Source: Polyangiaceae bacterium
GTDB lineage: Bacteria; Myxococcota_A; Polyangia; Polyangiales; Polyangiaceae
Direction: 5' to 3'
Assembly: GCA_044376115.1 (NCBI GenBank)
Contig: JBILLK010000031.1
Span: 1-64,000 of the forward strand
DNA: 64,000 nt
Numbering within the stretch: position 1 is the stretch's first letter; each line of letters starts with the position of its first letter. A model generated the notes under the pieces. It worked only from the letters and a program-made list of their open reading frames with translations, searched no databases and had not been told where the DNA came from. A program made the translations under genes and the position numbers. This document shows, in pieces, positions 57,399 to 64,000 of this stretch.

Positions 57399-59273
57399 AC
57401 AGGTGCCCTCGGCATCGTCATTCAGGAAGCCGCCGAGCCGGCCAAGCCAATAGCCGATTAGGTAGTCATGCCCCGGGTAGGTCTGCTTGTTGTTGCCGGT
57501 GTCAGACCGCTTCCAAGGGTTGGAGTGCCACGTAAGGAAGTAAACGGGGCGTGAGTCGACATCCACCGGGCTCGAGGAGCAGCTCCCCGAGCGAGCGAGG
57601 CGAATCCGCGGGGGCGCATCGAATTGCTCGATTTGATCCTGCGCCTCACTCAGCGGACCGCTCTCCAAACCGCCGCTGACGCGGCCATAGCCAAAGCTGA
57701 AGAAGCTGTTCTTATGCCCTCCGAGATCGCTCCACACCGGAGCCAAACCCTCGGTTAGCAGCTTGTTGCGGAGCGCTGGTTCCGTCTCCAACAGGCCCCA
57801 GGTGTAAGCGCCGATGAAGCCGATGTGAGCGCCAAAGTAGGTCGCTTCGCAATCTTGCTCATGGTCGGACCAATTCGACGCGAGCTCGACCCAATCGTTG
57901 CCATTGCCCCAGTCATCGTCATTCTCGAGCAGCAGCTGCGAGATCGCAGCGCGCTCCTCCTCGTAGCCCGCGACGCCTTCGGTGACGTGAAGAGCGGCTC
58001 GCATCGCCCCCCCGGCCATCAAAGCGCTCGAGGCGCGCGGCACGTCGGGCACGCTGGAGAACTGCGACCATTGACGGAAGAACACCGAGGGGTTGGGCAT
58101 CATCTCCTGGCCGCCGCGGATCGCCCCGCCGGAGATATCGTTGAAGTCGACGCTGATCTCTACCGCACCGTCCACCATGTCGGCCGGCTCAGGAATGAAG
58201 AAGCGCGCTTCGCGCATAGCCACTGGGAGAGCGAAGCCGTTCACCACGAGACGGACCGGCAACGTGCGCTTTCGCGCCAATTCGACGGCAAAGGGGACGA
58301 GCGAATCGCGGATTAGCTGACGGTGCTCTTCGTCGTAGGAGCTGAGCGAGTCGTAGGCTGCGGTCAGCCCAAGCAGCGGCCCCATGTACATGTCGCGACT
58401 CGGGTCACCCACGTAGTCCCAGGTTTGACCTGCGTACTCAACGTCGCAATGCCGGTCGAAGGCGTTGCAGTCCCAGTTCGTCCACTCTTTGTGGTCGTTG
58501 TCACTCGAAGGGAACATGCTGGTCGCCAGGTTGCCTGGGTCCCCGGAGATGTGGAACAAGCCGTCGAAGCGCTCGACCAGGCGCTTGACGTTGTTTCGGG
58601 CGTCCGCTGAACCAGTGGCTGCGAGCTTGAAGGATTCGGCCGCAAGGTAGATGCCAGTGTGGAGGGCGGAGTCGCCGATGTAGATCGAGTCCACGTCGGT
58701 CAGACTGGAGGTCGAGTATTTCACGCTGACGATTTGGTCGTAAAAGAGGCTGCTGGTCTGATCGTGAATCCAGCGCTCGAACAGCCGAGCTCGACCGTGG
58801 GTTCCGCTGGCTTGAACCTCGACGAAGCTATCGCTGGCGACGTCATACAAAGCGCAACCGGCTTGCCCCGCACGGCACTCATCGGAACAGGCGTTGGGGG
58901 TACAAACGCCCGCCACGCAGCCGAGGCCAGCGGCGCAGCTCTCCTCGAGCCAGCTGGTCTCGCCACCTTCGACGCTGCATACGGCGCGCGTGTTCCAGCC
59001 GGTGCATACGGGCGCTGCTGCCTCACAGCTGCCTGACGCTCCACCGCCGGTGCCTGGCGTTCCGCCGGTGCCGGAGCTGCCGGCTGCGCCAGCGCCCATC
59101 GAGGTTCCGGCGCCAGCTGCGCCAGCTCCCTCTCCGAGCCCGCTACCGCCTGTCCCGTCCCCGGCCGTTCCACCGGTGTTGGTGCCTGCGCCAGAGCCAG
59201 GACCTTCAGGGTTGGCGTTGGAGCAAGCGGGCAGGGCGATTAGGGCGGTCAACAGGAAGCGGCGCAACAGCAT
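57384..59273 (-). CDS. Hypothetical lipoprotein with Gly-rich linker, Cys-rich module and helical catalytic-like domain
   Basis: LPAC lipobox; 'GDSALHTGIYLAA', 'SRDMYMG', 'PGHDYLIGYWLGR'. Confidence 0.8.
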   Translation of the reverse strand: MLLRRFLLTALIALPACSNANPEGPGSGAGTNTGGTAGDGTGGSGLGEGAGAAGAGTSMGAGAAGSSGTGGTPGTGGGASGSCEAAAPVCTGWNTRAVCSVEGGETSWLEESCAAGLGCVAGVCTPNACSDECRAGQAGCALYDVASDSFVEVQASGTHGRARLFERWIHDQTSSLFYDQIVSVKYSTSSLTDVDSIYIGDSALHTGIYLAAESFKLAATGSADARNNVKRLVERFDGLFHISGDPGNLATSMFPSSDNDHKEWTNWDCNAFDRHCDVEYAGQTWDYVGDPSRDMYMGPLLGLTAAYDSLSSYDEEHRQLIRDSLVPFAVELARKRTLPVRLVVNGFALPVAMREARFFIPEPADMVDGAVEISVDFNDISGGAIRGGQEMMPNPSVFFRQWSQFSSVPDVPRASSALMAGGAMRAALHVTEGVAGYEEERAAISQLLLENDDDWGNGNDWVELASNWSDHEQDCEATYFGAHIGFIGAYTWGLLETEPALRNKLLTEGLAPVWSDLGGHKNSFFSFGYGRVSGGLESGPLSEAQDQIEQFDAPPRIRLARSGSCSSSPVDVDSRPVYFLTWHSNPWKRSDTGNNKQTYPGHDYLIGYWLGRLGGFLNDDAEGTCLRLQ

Positions 59274-59365
59274 GGTTTTGCCGTAGATCCGCCTGCTGCT
59301 CGGTGGGTCTGAAAGAATCTGAAAGCTGCGTCCGCCTCGGCGGCGCCGTCCCTCAGGGCGTGAGC

Positions 59366-60499
59366 TCAGCGCGGCTGCTTATCGAACGCGATGCGTGAGC
59401 TGAACGCGGCCGCCGAGCGGACCTTGTCGGTCCCGGGCAGACTCACAGGGTCCACGCGGACGAGGAAAGGCTGATAACCGGTGGCGATCAGGTTGAAGAA
59501 CGCGACCCCTGCCGCAGGATCGACGATGCCGTCGGAGTAGCGCTCAAAGATCCGCGTGCGGACGAGCTCCGTCTCCTCCTCGAGATAGAGTGAGAGGCTC
59601 GTGAGCTTGTTGTCTTCGAAGTAGCCTCCCGCGGCGACGACCTTGCCTTGCTCGAAAGGTTTGGGCGTACCGCTGCAGCGTGAGATCGCGCCTGTGTCGA
59701 CGAGTCTGCGCGCGTCGGGCGGCTCTTTCGACCAATCGAACTTGTCTACCTGGTGCTTCGCCGTGCGGCAGGCCTCGGCAAAGTCCGCGCGGCTCTGCCC
59801 GAACTCGAAGCCAGCGATAGCCGTCCAAGCCTCAGCTGGCGGCCCGAGCACCTCGCTCAATGAGCGGCGCGGCTCGTCGTCGATCTTGGCGTTCCGCAGG
59901 AGCGGCTCACAGAATGACGGCGCATCGGCGATGCACTGCGCGTTCAGGGTGACGAGCCGATTGGCCTTGGACATGAACACCACAGCTCGTGCCTCGAGCA
60001 CAGCGCGGCGTTCGCCGGAGCCCAGGGTGACGCGGCTCAACACGTCGAGCCGATCATTTTCGTATTTGGGTTCGAATAGAATCTCGGTCGCGCCTTGCAG
60101 GGTCATTTCGAGGCGCAACGCCGCCGCCGCGTATTCGAGCGCCTCGCGAACCGTCCCTCGTAGGGCCGCTGGGTCTTCGGGCAGATCGAACCGCAGCACG
60201 TACGCTGTGCCATCCTTCATCCCTGTCGGTGCTCGCCGTGCATCGACGACAACGGTCGACTTGGGTTCGCGCGCAGCTACAGCTGCACGGATCCGCTCTT
60301 GTTTCGGTGCTTCGAGCGGAACGAAAGAGGCAGGAAGCTCCATTGAGATTCCCGCGACCTTCACGACCTGTGCGGCCTCGGTCGAGACCGAGGAGGTTGG
60401 ACTGGCGCTGAGCGATTCGCCTGCGGGTGCAGGCTCCGTGGCCCTCTCCGAGCCACAACCGAAACACCACAAGACACAGGCCAGCATTGAGCGAAGCAC
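59366..60499 (-). CDS. Hypothetical lipoprotein
   Basis: CFGC lipobox-like N-terminus, 377 aa. Confidence 0.7.
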   Translation of the reverse strand: MLRSMLACVLWCFGCGSERATEPAPAGESLSASPTSSVSTEAAQVVKVAGISMELPASFVPLEAPKQERIRAAVAAREPKSTVVVDARRAPTGMKDGTAYVLRFDLPEDPAALRGTVREALEYAAAALRLEMTLQGATEILFEPKYENDRLDVLSRVTLGSGERRAVLEARAVVFMSKANRLVTLNAQCIADAPSFCEPLLRNAKIDDEPRRSLSEVLGPPAEAWTAIAGFEFGQSRADFAEACRTAKHQVDKFDWSKEPPDARRLVDTGAISRCSGTPKPFEQGKVVAAGGYFEDNKLTSLSLYLEEETELVRTRIFERYSDGIVDPAAGVAFFNLIATGYQPFLVRVDPVSLPGTDKVRSAAAFSSRIAFDKQPR

Positions 60500-60624
60500 G
60501 TTGACCCCTTATCACTTCGCGCGTCGCGCCTGGGTACTCGAGTTCCCGGGCGTGGTTTCGCTTCGAAAGAAGTTGGTACTCAAAGGCGTTGACGCGCTCG
60601 CCTGGCGCGATTGAGCATCTCTCG

Positions 60625-61899
60625 ATGCAGCTCGCCAGCAAGGTCATCAGCGTGGTCGTGCTCATGGGCTGCGACCCTCAACCCCTATCGCGGGTCGAGT
60701 CGGAGCGCCTGACGAGCGTGAGCGCGGTGAGCTCGAGCTCAGCGACCGCCTCGGCGATCGCTTCGTCGAGCGTCAGCGCGAACCCGAGCGCTGCGAGCAA
60801 CGCTCTTCCAGCGCGCGTGTTCAAGACCCCACAACGCACGCTCGACTGCAGCAACTACTTCGGCTGTGCGGTGCTCGGGGAGAGGCTCGCTTGCTGGGGT
60901 TACAACCAGTTTGGACAGCTGGGCAAACCCGCGGTCAAGTACCCGCGAAAGGGGAGCGCCTTCGTCAACGTGCCTTCGCCGATGGCGGTCGCGGTGGGGT
61001 TCACGCATGGCTGCGCGCTCAGCGCTGAAGGAGACGTCCACTGCTGGGGTTCGTCTTCGGACGGTGCCTTGGGAGACGGCGTCTTACCGCCGCCGGATGA
61101 GCCGTCCTCCAGGGTGATCGCGCCGACCAAGGTCAAAGGCCTCGGTGCAAAGGCGGTCGATCTCGACGTTGGGAACAGCCACAGTTGCGTGGTGTTGGAG
61201 GACGGCGGCGTCGCCTGTTGGGGGGCTAACTACGCTGACGTGTTGGGGGTAGGGGAGCCTTCGTCGGCGAAACCGGTGCGCATCTCCGGCGTGCTAGGAG
61301 CCGTCGAGGTTGCCACGTCGGACGACCTAACCTGCGCGCGGACTGCGAAAGGGGACGTCATTTGTTGGGGGCGCGGCAAGTCGGCACCGGAGCAAGTTGC
61401 TGGCGCCTGTGCGAAGCAGCTGACCATCGCCTCGAGCGCTGCTTGCGCGCTCGACTGCGCGGGAAGCGTGAGCTGTTGGGGCAATCTTCCTGGGTACAAC
61501 AAGCAATCGCTGACGCCCAAGGTGCAGCCCGAGTTCGTCGATGTCGAGGAGATCCGTGGTGGGCTATCGCACTTCATCGCGCGGGATCGCGCCGGGCAGG
61601 TCATTGCCTGGGGCGGCAATGATTCGGGCCAGATCGGCAACGGCAAGCCAGCGAGCTGGGATTCGGCCTTTGCCGATAAGCCGGTAACGCTTTCCACCGG
61701 TTGGAAGGCCAGCGCTGTGTGCGCGGGGGGCATCGTCGCGCGCCCCGACGGCCGCGACTATCTGCGACCATCGAGCTTCGTCGACACCGGCATCAGCTGT
61801 GCTGCGACCTCGACTGGCGAGGCCCATTGTTGGGGCGAGCCTGACCTCGACTACGTGCCGAAGGCTGTAGAGCTGCCGAAGGAACGCTCGACGCGCTGA
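60625..61899 (+). CDS. RCC1/BLIP-II repeat lipoprotein
   Basis: LMGC lipobox; repeated 'HxC....G.V.CWG.N..GQLG'. Confidence 0.88.
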   Translation: MQLASKVISVVVLMGCDPQPLSRVESERLTSVSAVSSSSATASAIASSSVSANPSAASNALPARVFKTPQRTLDCSNYFGCAVLGERLACWGYNQFGQLGKPAVKYPRKGSAFVNVPSPMAVAVGFTHGCALSAEGDVHCWGSSSDGALGDGVLPPPDEPSSRVIAPTKVKGLGAKAVDLDVGNSHSCVVLEDGGVACWGANYADVLGVGEPSSAKPVRISGVLGAVEVATSDDLTCARTAKGDVICWGRGKSAPEQVAGACAKQLTIASSAACALDCAGSVSCWGNLPGYNKQSLTPKVQPEFVDVEEIRGGLSHFIARDRAGQVIAWGGNDSGQIGNGKPASWDSAFADKPVTLSTGWKASAVCAGGIVARPDGRDYLRPSSFVDTGISCAATSTGEAHCWGEPDLDYVPKAVELPKERSTR

Positions 61900-61951
61900 G
61901 CCAACGAGCGAAGGGCGTGACGCACGCGGCGCTCCATGTAACGCGAAGCGA

Positions 61952-62845
61952 ATGGTGAGCGAAACCTTCGAACCCGAACTGTGGGAGCCGGTGGCCGGCT
62001 TCAATTTCTCCGACATCACGTACCACCGCGCCAAGGCACATGGCACCGTGCGGATCGCGTTTCATCGTCCCGAAGTGCGCAACGCCTTTCGTCCGCGCAC
62101 CGTGGACGAGCTCGCGGTGGCGCTCGATCACGCACGGCAGTGGAGCGACGTCGGTACCGTGCTGCTCACAGGCAATGGTCCTTCGCCCAAGGATGGCGGT
62201 TGGGCTTTTTGCTCCGGAGGTGATCAACGCATCCGCGGCAAGGTTGGCTACCAGTATGAGGGTGAGCCCGGCCAAGTGGACGTTGCGCGTCTCGGTCGGC
62301 TGCATATCCTCGAGGTACAGCGGATGATCCGCTTCATGCCCAAGGTCGTGATCGCGGTGGTCAACGGCTGGGCGGTCGGCGGCGGGCACAGCCTGCACGT
62401 GGTATGCGACCTTACGCTCGCCAGCCTCGAGCACGCGAAGTTCAAGCAGACCGACGCCGACGTAGCGAGCTTCGACGGCGGGTTCGGCTCGGCGTACCTC
62501 GCGCGCATGGTCGGTCAGAAGCGGGCCCGTGAGATCTTCTTCCTCGGGCGCACCTACTCGGCCGAAGAGGCCGTGGCGATGGGCATGGCCAACGCTGCGG
62601 TGCCGCACGCAGAACTTGAACGCGTCGCTTTGGAGTGGGCCGCCGAGATCAACGCCAAGAGCCCAACCGCGCAGCGCATGCTCAAATTCTCCTTCAACCT
62701 GATCGATGACGGGCTCGTGGGGCAGCAGGTGTTTGCAGGCGAGGCAACGCGGCTCGCTTACATGACCGACGAGGCGCAAGAGGGCCGCGACGCCTTCCTC
62801 GAGAAGCGCAAACAGGACTACTCGAAGTTCCCTTATTACTACTGA
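61952..62845 (+). CDS. menB: 1,4-dihydroxy-2-naphthoyl-CoA synthase
   Basis: RPEVRNAFRP, FCSGGDQRIRG, VGGGHSLH, SFDGGFGS, EGRDAFLEKR. Confidence 0.97.
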   Translation: MVSETFEPELWEPVAGFNFSDITYHRAKAHGTVRIAFHRPEVRNAFRPRTVDELAVALDHARQWSDVGTVLLTGNGPSPKDGGWAFCSGGDQRIRGKVGYQYEGEPGQVDVARLGRLHILEVQRMIRFMPKVVIAVVNGWAVGGGHSLHVVCDLTLASLEHAKFKQTDADVASFDGGFGSAYLARMVGQKRAREIFFLGRTYSAEEAVAMGMANAAVPHAELERVALEWAAEINAKSPTAQRMLKFSFNLIDDGLVGQQVFAGEATRLAYMTDEAQEGRDAFLEKRKQDYSKFPYYY

Positions 62846-62859
62846 GCGACGCAGCTCCC

Positions 62860-62910
62860 TCAACGGCGCGGGCGCCCCGCCAAACAGGTAGGCGGGGCGT
62901 TGCGCGTTGA
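62860..62910 (+). terminator. GC-rich hairpin after menB
   Basis: cgccccgcc-aaacaggta-ggcggggcg, extended by tcaacg/cgttga. No U-tract. Confidence 0.5.
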
Positions 62911-62942
62911 CCGTGTCCACCTCCCACACTACGTGGCCCCTC

Positions 62943-63497
62943 ATGCGAAATGCGATTCTGTTTGTTAGTGCCTTGTTGATCGTTGGTTGCGGCGGGGGCG
63001 ATGCAAAAACCGACAAGTCCGCAGCGCCGGGCTCAAGCGCTGCTTCGAGCGCAGCGAAGAGCGCTGGCTCGAGTGCAGCGAAGGGCGACGCATCGGCGAA
63101 GCCTGCTGCCCCTGCGGTCGAGATGGAGGAGCTCTCCCTCGCCCCAATCGACAAGTCTCTGGCTGGTTACGTGATGACCGTCCCGAAGGGCGCCAAGATC
63201 GACGGTACGCAGATCAAGTTCGGCGAGTACGACTTCTTGGACTTCTCGATGGCCGGTGGCTGGGAGGACGCAGTCAAGGGCCTCGGCAATGACAAGCTCA
63301 ACGAAAACATCAAGAAGGTGAGCGACACCGAGTATCGCTGGGAGCGCGTTCCCCCGATCGGTCGTATGTACATGGTCGACGTGTTGGTGAAGATCGGCGC
63401 CGCCAAGTGGTCCTGCACCACCGGCCTCACCGGCCCGGACAAGGTCGAGACCGCCGACATGATTTCGAAGATGTGCAACAGCATCAAGAAGAAGTAG
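62943..63497 (+). CDS. Hypothetical lipoprotein
   Basis: IVGC lipobox, Ala/Ser-rich linker. Confidence 0.8.
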   Translation: MRNAILFVSALLIVGCGGGDAKTDKSAAPGSSAASSAAKSAGSSAAKGDASAKPAAPAVEMEELSLAPIDKSLAGYVMTVPKGAKIDGTQIKFGEYDFLDFSMAGGWEDAVKGLGNDKLNENIKKVSDTEYRWERVPPIGRMYMVDVLVKIGAAKWSCTTGLTGPDKVETADMISKMCNSIKKK

Positions 63498-63505
63498 CTG
63501 GGTAA

Positions 63506-63540
63506 GGCACGGCCTCACCGAGAGGCCGTGCCGTGCGTTT
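63506..63540 (+). terminator. Probable intrinsic terminator
   Basis: GGCACGGCCTC-accga-GAGGCCGTGCC, an 11-bp perfect stem just after the stop, weak T tail. Confidence 0.65.
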
Positions 63541-63795
63541 CGAGAACGGACTGCGCGCGATGTGCTGTTCCTCGCGGTGTAAGGTCTTGCGCGGCCGTAG
63601 CGTTGGTCTGCCGTGCTTGTTAGGAACGCCATCCTGTGGCGGCAGAAGTCAACGACCCTCGCCTCTCTTGGTACGCTGCTGGCGCTCATCGCGCCCTGTT
63701 GGCCGGCGTACGCGACGGGGTATGGCGGGTGTACGGCTCGCCTCGTCGACGACGAGTGTCAGCCTCACTCGGGCGTCTACGACGAGGGAGACACC

Positions 63796-64000
63796 ATGCG
63801 TGTTGCCACCGTTTGTGAACTGACGACGGAGGCCGGAAAGCCAAGTCCAAAGAGGATCTATGAGCCGAGCCCAGCAGAGCTGGAGCGGATGCTCCTCGAA
63901 CGCTCGGGGTGCAAGTACCCGGTGAAGGTCCAACTCAGGAAGACGGACGAGCATTGCGGTGCCGCCGTCGTCTACGAGGTCGAGTTGGAGGAGCCAGGGC
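63796..64000 (+). CDS. Hypothetical protein, 3'-partial
   Basis: GAGGGAG RBS, ATG 63796, MRVATVCELTTEAGKPSPKRIYEPSPAELERMLL... open to the window end. Confidence 0.55.
   Translation, partial: MRVATVCELTTEAGKPSPKRIYEPSPAELERMLLERSGCKYPVKVQLRKTDEHCGAAVVYEVELEEPG

Noticed and set aside
1..64000. Frequent CTCGAG/TCGA words
   Set aside because: Consistent with Leu-Glu (CTC GAG) codon usage in GC-rich genomes; no positional pattern seen and not counted.

Overview
GC-rich bacterial chromosomal window, most consistent with a myxobacterium (Polyangiales/Sorangiineae-like). The supporting signs are a MYXO-CTERM protein, a VIT/AgmX-PglI protein, a DUF4388 response regulator, a Ser/Thr kinase and many Gly/Ser-linker lipoproteins. 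About 50 CDS; no rRNA, tRNA, CRISPR array or transposase was found. The left ~4 kb is a variable, decaying zone. It contains immunity-like genes, truncated genes, a lone attC-like integron site, a second hairpin element and five copies of an exactly spaced TGCGACA-N33-TGTCGCA motif (three in an 83-bp tandem repeat, two as an inverted pair). Next come an SPFH/kinase/pseudo-receiver/ECF-sigma signalling cluster, a Dpp-type ABC permease-binding-protein fusion, a MerR-like + Cys/His-sigma4 regulator pair, a DNA methyltransferase + PD-(D/E)xK nuclease pair, tatBC, an RlmN-like enzyme and tandem FadL-type porins. A ~13-kb divergent glycosylation locus follows (GDP-heptose pathway gmhA/hddA/gmhB/hddC, epimerase, methyltransferases, MTase-GT2 fusion, two GT-C transferases). 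The right part holds a chemoreceptor with an apparently non-heme globin domain divergent from a PAS-GGDEF-EAL gene, and menB. All family assignments come from motif recognition by eye; no database searches were run.
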